Source of the DNA: Coriobacteriia bacterium
GTDB lineage: Bacteria; Actinomycetota; Coriobacteriia; WRKU01; WQUG01
Assembly (NCBI GenBank): GCA_009781115.1
Contig: WQYT01000003.1
Coordinates: 1 to 47,361, forward strand
Direction of reading: 5' to 3'
Length of the DNA stretch: 47,361 nt
Part shown: positions 18,452-27,602 of the stretch, piece after piece
Layout: each line of letters starts with the position of its first letter
How positions within the stretch are numbered: position 1 is the stretch's first letter
Program-made: the position numbers and the translations under genes
Notes under the pieces: model-generated
What the model was told of the DNA's origin: nothing
What the model saw: the letters and a program-made list of their open reading frames with translations, nothing else
Databases searched by the model: none

Positions 18452-19873
18452 TCAAATGAGGGAAGATGACCGAGGTGCATCAGCATAAAACACACCTTCA
18501 AGCTTATCGCAAAGCTCATCAAGAGTAGCAAAATAGTAAGAGCAATATTTGCCAAGAGTATCCATAAAGTCAGCATCCGTGTTGGGAAAGCCATAGCCGC
18601 CCTGGAAAGAATTCCGATATCCTTGCTCAAGCCGCTTAAGAGTAAGCGTAGACTGAGAAGATACCGAAACAAAGGCTTCTTTTACCGTTTCTTCGGAATT
18701 TGATGATTCATGCCTATCCATATACACACTTTCATTGTCAACAAAAGCGAACCAGGGTGGCCTGATATCTTGTTTGAGCAACAAACGCTCATAGGGATGA
18801 GGGTAAATACAGACCGAAAGATCATGAGCCTGCGCATACTTTAAAACAACATCAAGCACACTGGTTGCGGTACGAGCCAACTGATTGTCCAAAAACTCGC
18901 CAGCGCGCACAAGCTCATACTCTTCGGCGCGTACCTGTTGCCTGCCAAAGCGGCGAGCCCATTCTCCTGAGCTGATAAAACCAATGTCGTATACGGCTTC
19001 GGTACGCTTTGGATCCTGTGGATGCGTGGGGATATCAGGACCATACGTCATAAACTTGTTAGCAAGAAGCCATCCTCGTTGATGGAGAAGCTCCGCCTGC
19101 TCTTTCTGGATGTCTGAAGAAACAACGAGTGTGCCTTTTATCTGTGAATAACGCAAGTAATGGTACGGCATCTGCTCCTCAACAAAATAAACGATCTCAT
19201 GCTCGGGCAGGTAATAACTGCAGTATTCGGCAAGCAAATGAAATGCCGGAGTATAGACATCAAAGAAATATAAGGTTCCCAGGCAGTTGGAGAGTACCGT
19301 ATAACGAAGAGCGCGCTCAAAAACCTGCCAAAACCAGACATAGGCATGCAACGACATATCGAAGAAGGCAAAAAATGACAGACGCCTTGCTATCCGTCTC
19401 AAACGTTTCCATGAGCGGAGCCCGACTTCAGGTGGTAACGCAAAAGGAATTTGCTCGAAACCCGGAGCATAGACCTCATCCAGATCAAACGTCTCTATCG
19501 TACGCAAGCGCACCCGGTCGATACAATGAGGAGTTGCCGTGGCAATCACGTGTTCATATCTACGACCTGTACCAACTTCCTGGATGATCTTTTCATAAAC
19601 CCCTTGAAGGGAGCAGGTACAAAGACGGCGAAACTGTATACGATCATTGAACGCCTGTTCGGCATCGTCATCTGACAAACGAGTAAAATCAAGAAAAGCC
19701 GGCAACATAGCTTCCATTTCTTTATGCAAAAGCTCGCCTCCAGCCGGATTGAGGAGACGATACGCCAGCCGAAAACCATCTATGCCCTTATATGAAGCAT
19801 GCTTCAGTCTATTAAAAACAAAACAGAAAAGGAATTTCTGCATGGCTCGTAAGCATGATTTAACTTGTTTCAT
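18452..19873 (-). CDS. Hypothetical protein, candidate CMP-pseudaminic acid transferase
   Basis: 473-aa soluble ORF with GAGGAG RBS directly after pseI; FVEEQ, YPHPYE and SSQST motifs in the order seen in GT-B nonulosonate transferases. The function is inferred. Confidence 0.55.
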   Translation of the reverse strand: MKQVKSCLRAMQKFLFCFVFNRLKHASYKGIDGFRLAYRLLNPAGGELLHKEMEAMLPAFLDFTRLSDDDAEQAFNDRIQFRRLCTCSLQGVYEKIIQEVGTGRRYEHVIATATPHCIDRVRLRTIETFDLDEVYAPGFEQIPFALPPEVGLRSWKRLRRIARRLSFFAFFDMSLHAYVWFWQVFERALRYTVLSNCLGTLYFFDVYTPAFHLLAEYCSYYLPEHEIVYFVEEQMPYHYLRYSQIKGTLVVSSDIQKEQAELLHQRGWLLANKFMTYGPDIPTHPQDPKRTEAVYDIGFISSGEWARRFGRQQVRAEEYELVRAGEFLDNQLARTATSVLDVVLKYAQAHDLSVCIYPHPYERLLLKQDIRPPWFAFVDNESVYMDRHESSNSEETVKEAFVSVSSQSTLTLKRLEQGYRNSFQGGYGFPNTDADFMDTLGKYCSYYFATLDELCDKLEGVFYADAPRSSSLI

Positions 19874-19891
19874 CGATTATTAGCTCCTCTA

Positions 19892-20923
19892 TCAACAAGC
19901 AAGTCCGTCCACCTGTTCCATCCGTAGCGGAGTCCCCCTCTTTACATCACAAGAAGCACACTTACCTAATACCGCCTCATAGTAGCGAGGATGAAGACCA
20001 TCACTTGGTCGGATGCAGCGTACATTCTCTTTCGTGAACATCTCACCCGCAGATATATCCTGTACTACGAACAACGAACGACGGAACCTCAAACTTGCAC
20101 TCTGGCTACCGGTAGGTTCATACTGCACCTTTCCACGCGCCAGAGCGGCAATCCGAATATCAGTGATCATAGGGGCGAACTCTTCGGGCTCCATCGAAAA
20201 GCTGTCATCTGGGCCACCCCCGGAGCGATCAAGTGTGAAATGTTTCTCCACTACGGTGGCGCCAAGAGCAACTGCCGCAACTGCAACCGCTGACCCCAAA
20301 GTGTGATCCGAGAGGCCGACCCCACAAGCGAAACGTTCATACATATCAGGAATCGTGAGTAGGTTTGCTTCCGCGGGCAGCGCAGGATAGGCGCTTGTGC
20401 ATTTCAGCAGCGTGACCTCACCAGAGCCACCCTCTCGCAGCGTCGTAACCGCTTCTTCGACCTCAGCTATCGTGGCCATGCCCGCAGAGAGAATAACCGG
20501 CTTATGCGTGGCCGCGACCTTCTTTAACAGCGGGATATCAATAAGTTCAAACGATGCGATCTTATAAAGCGGTACTTCGAGTTCTTCCAAAAAGTCAACA
20601 GCCGTATCATCAAAGGGAGTAGAAAAGAACAGTATCCCTTCCTTGTATGCAAGATCACGCAATTCCCGATGCCACTCCCAGGGAGTCGCCGCTTCCTGAT
20701 ACAACTCATAGAGAGTTCGACCTGCCCACAGCCCTTCTTCAATACGAAACGGTGGCAGAGCGCAGTCAAGAGTCAGGGTATCGGCTGTATAAGTCTGTAT
20801 CTTGATAGCATCCGCCCCGGCAGCCGCAGCAGCCTTCACGGTCTGACGAGCACGTTCAAGCGAGCCATCATGATTTGCTGAAAGCTCGGCAATAACAAAT
20901 ACTGAGTTCTGATCCTGCGTCAT
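19892..20923 (-). CDS. pseI: Pseudaminic acid synthase
   Basis: IAELSANH, KIQTYTADT, TPWEWH, KIASFE, KCTSAYP, GLSDHT and EKHFT motifs; C-terminal SAF domain (RRSLFVV, IRP). Confidence 0.93.
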   Translation of the reverse strand: MTQDQNSVFVIAELSANHDGSLERARQTVKAAAAAGADAIKIQTYTADTLTLDCALPPFRIEEGLWAGRTLYELYQEAATPWEWHRELRDLAYKEGILFFSTPFDDTAVDFLEELEVPLYKIASFELIDIPLLKKVAATHKPVILSAGMATIAEVEEAVTTLREGGSGEVTLLKCTSAYPALPAEANLLTIPDMYERFACGVGLSDHTLGSAVAVAAVALGATVVEKHFTLDRSGGGPDDSFSMEPEEFAPMITDIRIAALARGKVQYEPTGSQSASLRFRRSLFVVQDISAGEMFTKENVRCIRPSDGLHPRYYEAVLGKCASCDVKRGTPLRMEQVDGLAC

Positions 20924-22467
20924 GATTCTTTGTTTTCTTTCTTCTCCCGCTCACGGATAGCTAATAGCCACATCTTGCCACTACCTTCTTCTGTTTCATC
21001 ATAAAAAAAACCGAGCCGATGCAAAACAGCTTGCGACGCTTTGTTATCTACACGTACCAGAGCCGAAACCCGCCGGATAGTCCCCTGCGAGAACAGCCAG
21101 TTAATGAACTGGGAAAGAGCTTCTGTCATAAAGCCCTTCCCCTCAAAAGCTGCTTCTCCAAGGTAATAAGACAGACGAGCAGTATCGCCTTCCCTCTGCG
21201 CCCCAACCAAACCAAGAGGCTCTCCGCTGGCTTTTTCGAAAAACAGCAGCCGTAATTCAGAAGGGTCGGTTTGATAACGCCTGAACCATGCCTCATGTTC
21301 AACAGTGGTGACAGGACGATCATTGCGCGAATAAGCGCGCACCCGTTCAGAGCTGCGCCAGGAAACCAACAAATCGGTATCAGGGGGGGCTATCTCGCGA
21401 AATGAAAGACGCGCGCTGGACGGAAGTGCCTCTGAAGTGACTATGATAGCGCTTTGCTTTATTGCAGTAAGGCGAAGCATTTCATTGACAACGCGCACCG
21501 CTCCGCCCCCATCAATGACTCGTTCTGATACGGCAGGGCTTTCTGAAGCAAGCAATTCGGCAAGCGACTCGAATGAGACGAGCTTACTGATGCCTCGCTC
21601 AGTGAGTTCATCAGCGATAGGTTTCTGATTATCAGCAACCACCAGCAGTCGGAAAGGAATGCCCAGATAATTCAGCTCCCAACAGGTCGAACCCGCCGCC
21701 GTAAGAGCCGCTGACGTCTTGAGGTATTGAGCAATAAGCATACGCGGATCATCCAGGATACGCATGGATAAGCCCTGATGTTTGAAAGCTTCCGCGATCG
21801 CCCTCTGGTCACTTTCCCCGGGCGCAATAACGATCGTCGAAAAAAAGGAGTTTTCTTTCTCTTTCAGGTCGCCCAAAAGCCCAGCAAGTTCAAGAAAACG
21901 TGAGGTCTGCTCTCCCCCGCCCATAGTAATAAGCAAACACTCATCAGATGACGGCTGACGTCGCTGACGCTCAGCGCGCAAACAGAGAACCTCTTCGCGC
22001 AAGAGCGCATACTGCGCACCCAGCAGGCAGATCCCCTCCGCCCCCTCGTAATCCTCCTCTTCAGCGCCGAAGTTTTGGTTCAAAACAATGTCAGCTGTGA
22101 CCGGAAAAGAGCCTCCGCCATCATCAAATGCCAACACCTGCAACCCATGCTGCTGGAGTTGCAAAACCAGTTCGGTAGGATAATGATATCCGTCAAAGCT
22201 GAGCCATTCCGCGTTATATCTTTTCGCGATCAAAACAAGCTCATTATCCGTGATCTGCTCCTGCCCCACAGTTCCGACCAAATCGATGCCCCGAGCTGCA
22301 AGCTCCTCGCAAAACCATGGGAGCGCCATATTGCCCACAAAGACCGCCCGTCCTCCTGCACGTTGCCATGCCTGGGCAAGCGCAAGGGAACGGACAGCAT
22401 GCCCCGCACCAACCGCCTTGTCAGCATCGACGCAGAGAAGTAGTGTTCCAGGGCTCTCAGAAGACAT
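20920..22467 (-). CDS. pseG: Fused UDP-2,4-diacetamido-2,4,6-trideoxy-beta-L-altropyranose hydrolase (PseG) and GNAT N-acetyltransferase (PseH)
   Basis: N-terminal PseG motifs (GAGHAVRSLALA, DGYH, YALLR, ITMGG, AAGSTCWEL, VADNQ, DGGG..RV); C-terminal PseH-like GNAT domain (WR...VR, EH..WF, GKG, N.AS...H.RLGF). Confidence 0.85.
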   Translation of the reverse strand: MSSESPGTLLLCVDADKAVGAGHAVRSLALAQAWQRAGGRAVFVGNMALPWFCEELAARGIDLVGTVGQEQITDNELVLIAKRYNAEWLSFDGYHYPTELVLQLQQHGLQVLAFDDGGGSFPVTADIVLNQNFGAEEEDYEGAEGICLLGAQYALLREEVLCLRAERQRRQPSSDECLLITMGGGEQTSRFLELAGLLGDLKEKENSFFSTIVIAPGESDQRAIAEAFKHQGLSMRILDDPRMLIAQYLKTSAALTAAGSTCWELNYLGIPFRLLVVADNQKPIADELTERGISKLVSFESLAELLASESPAVSERVIDGGGAVRVVNEMLRLTAIKQSAIIVTSEALPSSARLSFREIAPPDTDLLVSWRSSERVRAYSRNDRPVTTVEHEAWFRRYQTDPSELRLLFFEKASGEPLGLVGAQREGDTARLSYYLGEAAFEGKGFMTEALSQFINWLFSQGTIRRVSALVRVDNKASQAVLHRLGFFYDETEEGSGKMWLLAIREREKKENKES

Positions 22468-22475
22468 CGCTTACC

Positions 22476-23621
22476 TCAGACGAAAAAGCGCGTGAGTCTG
22501 CTGATGACCAGATTTTGCTGCTCGGAACTCAGCGCAGGAAACAGTGGGATGCTTAATGCGTCATTCCCGTAAGCTTCCGCTTCAGGAAAATCACCCGGCT
22601 TGAATCCCAGTCGGCGATAATACGGTTGAAGATGGATCGGCTCATAATGAAGGTTCACGAGAATGTCTTCAGCCCGCAAAGCCTTGCCGATCTCGTCTCG
22701 GCGCCCTTCTGGCACGCGTAACACATACAGATGACGCGCGGAAAGACACTGCGGATCCCCTTGCTGGAACTGATAAGGCGTATCAATAAAACACCCATCA
22801 TAGCGTTTCGCAAGTTCATTACGCTGGGCCACCCAGGCATCAAGCCGAGTCAATTGACTGAGGCCTAACGCGCACTGGATGTCAGTGATTCGGTAGTTGA
22901 AGCCAAGTTCAGTCTGTTCATAATGCCAGGGAGTACCGTCGGGATATTTCATAGAGTTCAGGTCGCGCGTAACCCCGTGGCTACGAAGACGACGCAGGTG
23001 CTCAGCCAGCTTTTCATCATTGGTAAGCACCGCGCCACCCTCGCCTGTCGTAATATTCTTAACAGGATGGAAACTCAGCACTGTGAGATCTGAATACGCA
23101 CAGCTGCCCACCTTCACATCATGGTAGCTTCCTCCGAGCGCATGGCTCGCATCCTCAACCACCTTGAAACCATATTTTTGAGCCAGCTGAGCGATCGCGG
23201 CCATATCACAAGAGAGACCGGAATGATGTACCGGGATCACAACATCAGGCAATCGTCTTGCGCGCTCTGCCGCTTCAAGTTTCTGTTTTAACTGAGCAAC
23301 AGAAAGGTTGTAGGTAGCAGGATCAATGTCAACGAAATCAACATCTGCGCCTGTGTAGCGCGCGCAGTTGGCAGAAGCGACAAATGAATTCGGAGTCGTC
23401 CACACTAATGAATTGTGGCCAACCCCCAGGGCGACCATCGAAAGGTGCAGCGCAGCGGTCCCGCTGGAAACAGCGACAGCAAATCGTGAACCACAATATG
23501 ACGCAAGCGCCTCCTCGAACAAATCCACAGTCGGACCTTGTGTCAGCCAAGCCGAACGTAATTGCTGAACAACCGCCTGGATATCTTCTTCAGAAATCGA
23601 CTGCGTACTATAAGGGATCAT
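22476..23621 (-). CDS. pseC: UDP-4-amino-4,6-dideoxy-N-acetyl-beta-L-altrosamine transaminase
   Basis: MIPYSTQSI..., LTQGP, SFHPVK (PLP Lys), TTGEGG, RSHG and LGFNYR motifs; AAAGGAG RBS. Confidence 0.92.
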   Translation of the reverse strand: MIPYSTQSISEEDIQAVVQQLRSAWLTQGPTVDLFEEALASYCGSRFAVAVSSGTAALHLSMVALGVGHNSLVWTTPNSFVASANCARYTGADVDFVDIDPATYNLSVAQLKQKLEAAERARRLPDVVIPVHHSGLSCDMAAIAQLAQKYGFKVVEDASHALGGSYHDVKVGSCAYSDLTVLSFHPVKNITTGEGGAVLTNDEKLAEHLRRLRSHGVTRDLNSMKYPDGTPWHYEQTELGFNYRITDIQCALGLSQLTRLDAWVAQRNELAKRYDGCFIDTPYQFQQGDPQCLSARHLYVLRVPEGRRDEIGKALRAEDILVNLHYEPIHLQPYYRRLGFKPGDFPEAEAYGNDALSIPLFPALSSEQQNLVISRLTRFFV

Positions 23622-23656
23622 CACTGGACTCCTTTCGCTGATATCACCAGCGATCC

Positions 23657-24355
23657 TCACTCGTTTTCCGGCCACAGCCGACGATACTTCATTTCTGCCA
23701 GTATCCAGTCCTGCTCCGTGTCAATATCCTGAACCTGTTCGCGCGGCAACACCAGGGCAGTCGTTGTCGGCCCAAGCAGTGAACAGTTCTCATCAAAACC
23801 ATCCGCCTTAATCCAATACCATTGACCAGCATCGTGATAGAGGAGCTCCAGGTCTTGAGAGCGCGTCAGGTTGTTTTCAGGTTGCGTCAAAGAGACTCTT
23901 CCCCGAGCATTAAGACGCAACGCACGTTGCGGAGGATACGAAAAACTCGCCACTGGGCATACCACTGTCGCATCAGAACCAAGAAGTAGCCGATAGCCTG
24001 TATGAAGATCCTCGCTGGTACACAGGGGCGCCGTCGCCAAAAGGCAGCATATCTCCTGGGGGCGTCTGCCCTCAGCATCCAATTCCTCCAACACTTCAGC
24101 GACTACCTGAGCCAGCGGGGAATGATCGCCAGATGTTCGCGCCGAACGCACATAAGGAACCGTCGCGCCATAATTCTTCGCGCAAGCAGCTATCTCTGAA
24201 TCATCGGTCGAAACAATGACTTCCTCGAACAAGCCTGACTGTTTGGCACAGTCGATCGAATAGGAAATAATCGGCTTGCCAAGAAAAGCATGGGTGTTCT
24301 TATGAGGGATACGTTTGCTCCCACCTCGTGCTGGTATTAAACAGACCGGTTTCAT
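23657..24355 (-). CDS. pseF: Pseudaminic acid cytidylyltransferase
   Basis: IPARGGSKRIPHKN, STDD, ATAP, YHDAGQ and QDIDT..DW motifs. Confidence 0.92.
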   Translation of the reverse strand: MKPVCLIPARGGSKRIPHKNTHAFLGKPIISYSIDCAKQSGLFEEVIVSTDDSEIAACAKNYGATVPYVRSARTSGDHSPLAQVVAEVLEELDAEGRRPQEICCLLATAPLCTSEDLHTGYRLLLGSDATVVCPVASFSYPPQRALRLNARGRVSLTQPENNLTRSQDLELLYHDAGQWYWIKADGFDENCSLLGPTTTALVLPREQVQDIDTEQDWILAEMKYRRLWPENE

Positions 24356-25368
24356 GTAAGTGGCTCAAAAGTAGGATCAAGATGTTCGATAATCAATGAG
24401 CGTAAGTCCTCGACAGTCAACCAATGATCATTGGAGCCTGAATTATATGAGAACCCATCCGGACATGAAGTCGCGTTATGAGCTTTCTTGAACTCCTCGA
24501 TATCCCAGAGTGGGATTGCTGGAAGAATCACATACTTATCGCCCAAATCCAGAGTAGCCAGCGCATCAGTAACCGTGATCATCTCTTCATGCAGCTTCTC
24601 CCCTGGGCGGATGCCAACGTTTTTAACGGGCACAGAAGGAGCGACCGCCTCTGCAACATCCGGAAGATGATAACTCGGGATTTTAGGAACAAAAAGTTCG
24701 CCGCCCCACATATGTTCAAGTGCATACAGACAAAGACTGACACCCTCTTCAAGACTGATATTGAAGCGGGTCATACGTGAATCAGTGATAGGCAGGGCGC
24801 CTTTGAAACGCTCCTCCAGAAAAAATGGTATGACCGATCCTCGGGAACCCATCACATTGCCATAACGAACCACAGAAAAGCGTATGTCATTCTGGCCACG
24901 ATAATTGTTCGCTGCAACGAACAGTTTGTCGCTGCAAAGTTTTGTGGCGCCATACAAATTGATGGGGCCTGCTGCTTTGTCTGTTGAAAGCGCAACGACA
25001 CGCTTGACGCCCGTGTAATAAGCGGCTTCGATAACATTCTGCGCACCGATGACATTGGTCTTGATCGCCTCGAATGGATTATACTCACATACTGGAACAT
25101 GTTTAAGCGCCGCCGCATGTACCACCGTATCAATACCCTGCATGGCGAGTTTCAAACGCCCCAAATCACGCACATCACCGATAAAAAAACGCAACTGAGG
25201 ATACTCAGCGACCGGATAGCATCGAGCCATCTCGGTTTGTTTCAGCTCATCGCGAGAATAGATGACGATACGTTCAACCTCAGGAAAACATTCAAGTACG
25301 GTCGATATGAATTTTTTGCCGAATGAGCCTGTGCCACCCGTCACCAGGATCGATGTTCCAATAGGCAT
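24352..25368 (-). CDS. pseB: UDP-N-acetylglucosamine 4,6-dehydratase (inverting)
   Basis: TGGTGSFG, SRDELKQ, HAAALKHVP..EYNP, STDKA, YGATK, RYGNVMGSRGSV and RPGEKLHE motifs. Confidence 0.95.
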   Translation of the reverse strand: MPIGTSILVTGGTGSFGKKFISTVLECFPEVERIVIYSRDELKQTEMARCYPVAEYPQLRFFIGDVRDLGRLKLAMQGIDTVVHAAALKHVPVCEYNPFEAIKTNVIGAQNVIEAAYYTGVKRVVALSTDKAAGPINLYGATKLCSDKLFVAANNYRGQNDIRFSVVRYGNVMGSRGSVIPFFLEERFKGALPITDSRMTRFNISLEEGVSLCLYALEHMWGGELFVPKIPSYHLPDVAEAVAPSVPVKNVGIRPGEKLHEEMITVTDALATLDLGDKYVILPAIPLWDIEEFKKAHNATSCPDGFSYNSGSNDHWLTVEDLRSLIIEHLDPTFEPLT

Positions 25369-25573
25369 TAACTACTTCCCTCCAGGCCAGAGTATGACGT
25401 ATTGATATCCGATAGATATGCTTTTTCTCACCGCATACCTATAAGCATTGCGAAGTGATCGTCCTTTCCAGATATCCTCGCAACTGAGTTCAATTATAAT
25501 ATAGAGATCATACCGAGGAGTAAATGAGCACAGACGCAGGATAATATCGTATCCTCCTCATAAGGCGAAAGAA

Positions 25574-26530
25574 GTGATCATGACAAAACTTAAAGGCGCG
25601 GTAATCGGTTCGGGCAACATGGGACGCCACCACGTGCGGATCATGTCGCAGTGCGAAGATGTTGAACTTGCTTACGTTGTTGACACAAACATCACCACGG
25701 CCCGTGAGCTCTGTGCCCAATGGGGTGGCGAAGCGCTTCCTTCCATCAATGAAATTGCGTATGCCGACGTCGCTATTGTCGCAGTCCCGACCCAGCTGCA
25801 CGAAGAAGTTGCTCTGGCTTTGATCAACCGTAAGGTCAACCTTCTGATAGAAAAGCCCCTCGCAGACAGTCCCGCAGCTGCACAGCGCATCGTTGATGCT
25901 GCAAAGAAGGCAGGGGTCGTTTTAGCTGTCGGGCATGTTGAGCGCTTCAACCCCGCCATACAAGAGCTTAAACGTCGCCTCAAAAAGCCCCAGATGATCT
26001 CGATCGAGCGTCTTTCCCCTTATCCGTCACGTATAAAAGACAGCGTCGTCTATGACCTGACGGTGCATGATGCCGATCTTGCCTGCTGGCTGACGGGGAG
26101 CGAGCCAACAGAAGTGCATGCGGTCGGAGCCAAGGTCCTCAGCGACAAGATCGACATTGCCTCGACCCAGATCAAGTTCGCCAACGGCTGTATCGCCACT
26201 TTACAGACTTCCCGCATCACGCAAGATAAAGTTCGCAGAATACTGGTCTCAGAGACCGAGCGTTTTTTCAAGGTCGATATGCTCAAGCAGGATGTCGAGA
26301 TCAAACGGAGCGCCCGCGTCGAAAACAAAACGGAAGATGGACGCACTAGCTACACGCAAGAAACCATCAGCGAGATCCCCGGCATCGCATCAGGCGGAGA
26401 GCCCCTGCGCAAAGAACAGGAGGACTTCTACCATGCCGTCAGAAACGGCAGCGATCCGACGGTCACGGGTGCTGACGGGCTGCGCGCGGTCGAACTGGTA
26501 GATCAGATCGAGAAGCTTACCGCTGCGTGA
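25574..26530 (+). CDS. Gfo/Idh/MocA oxidoreductase (WbpB/WlbA-like UDP-HexNAcA 3-dehydrogenase candidate)
   Basis: GSGNMGRHH, EKP, GHVERFNPA and DLTVHD motifs. Confidence 0.85.
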   Translation: MIMTKLKGAVIGSGNMGRHHVRIMSQCEDVELAYVVDTNITTARELCAQWGGEALPSINEIAYADVAIVAVPTQLHEEVALALINRKVNLLIEKPLADSPAAAQRIVDAAKKAGVVLAVGHVERFNPAIQELKRRLKKPQMISIERLSPYPSRIKDSVVYDLTVHDADLACWLTGSEPTEVHAVGAKVLSDKIDIASTQIKFANGCIATLQTSRITQDKVRRILVSETERFFKVDMLKQDVEIKRSARVENKTEDGRTSYTQETISEIPGIASGGEPLRKEQEDFYHAVRNGSDPTVTGADGLRAVELVDQIEKLTAA

Positions 26531-27539
26531 TCGCGATTGGAGCGCCTTTTGATTTGATCGAAGCATCGACTGCTTCGAGAACCTGCACCACATGAAGGCC
26601 ATCGTGCCCATCGGAAAGAGGCGCCGTATGATTCTGACATGCTGCCACGAACTGGGCAACGACCGCTGAGAGCGGCTCTTTGAGCGGCACATAGGGAAGC
26701 TCGATATCCCCAAAACGCAGAGTCGGCGTGCTGTTGTACGTATCCGACTGAGCAGGAGCTTCGACCCCTTTGTCATAGATGATTATCTTCTCGGAAGGCG
26801 CCATGTCATCAAACACCAGCATCTTCTTCGTACCAACGATCGTAAACTTGCGCGTCTTGTGAGGGTCAAGCCAGGATACGTGGATGTTGACCATCTTGCC
26901 ACTGTCAAATGACAGGTTGGCAAAGACCACATCTTCGATACCGGGTGTGATATAGGATTCCCCGGAAGCAGAAACACTGGTCGGAGTCTCGTCCAGCAGG
27001 TAGAGCGCAATCGAAACATCATGGGGCGCCAACGACCAGAACGCATTCTCATTTTGGCGCACTACACCCAGGTTCAGGCGCTGCATGTAGAGATAGCGTA
27101 CCTCACCCAGCTCGCCAGAATCGATGTAGTTCTTGATCCACTGGATGGCTGAGTGATATTTCAGCAGATGGTCAACCTGAAGCGTCAACCCGCGCGTGTC
27201 CGCCAGATCGACCAGCTCATGAGCCTCCACAGAAGACAAAGTCAGAGGCTTTTCGACAAAACAATGCTTGCCCGCTTCAAGAACCTGCTTCGCAACAACA
27301 AAGTGCGAAGGCGCCGGCGTTGCGATCGCCACCGCATCAATGTCATAGTCAGCCAGAAGCTCGTCGACTGAAGCACAAGTCGCAACCTCAGGGTAGAGTG
27401 CTGCGAACTTCGCCCGATTTCCCTCGGCTGCGTCAGCCAGAGCTACAAACTTAATGTCGGGGCTCTTCGCAAGATTGCGCGCGATATTCGGACCCCAGTA
27501 ACCAAACCCGACCATACCCATCTTCAGTTGTTCTGACAT
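26517..27539 (-). CDS. Gfo/Idh/MocA oxidoreductase (WbpB-like)
   Basis: GFGYWGPN, VEKP, WSLAPHD and SWLDP.K.R motifs; GAAGGAG RBS before the ATG at 27539. Confidence 0.85.
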   Translation of the reverse strand: MSEQLKMGMVGFGYWGPNIARNLAKSPDIKFVALADAAEGNRAKFAALYPEVATCASVDELLADYDIDAVAIATPAPSHFVVAKQVLEAGKHCFVEKPLTLSSVEAHELVDLADTRGLTLQVDHLLKYHSAIQWIKNYIDSGELGEVRYLYMQRLNLGVVRQNENAFWSLAPHDVSIALYLLDETPTSVSASGESYITPGIEDVVFANLSFDSGKMVNIHVSWLDPHKTRKFTIVGTKKMLVFDDMAPSEKIIIYDKGVEAPAQSDTYNSTPTLRFGDIELPYVPLKEPLSAVVAQFVAACQNHTAPLSDGHDGLHVVQVLEAVDASIKSKGAPIAITQR

Positions 27540-27602
27540 ATACTGAACTCCTTCATATTGTTGATGTCCTGACAAAGTTTACGCTTTCCAAAAAATCATC
27601 CT

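Noticed and set aside
21003-21010. Homopolymer runs in glycan genes (A8 here; C7 near 5153, 32511 and 33658) as phase-variation tracts
   Set aside because: The runs are short and all frames are intact; there is no evidence of slippage without read data.
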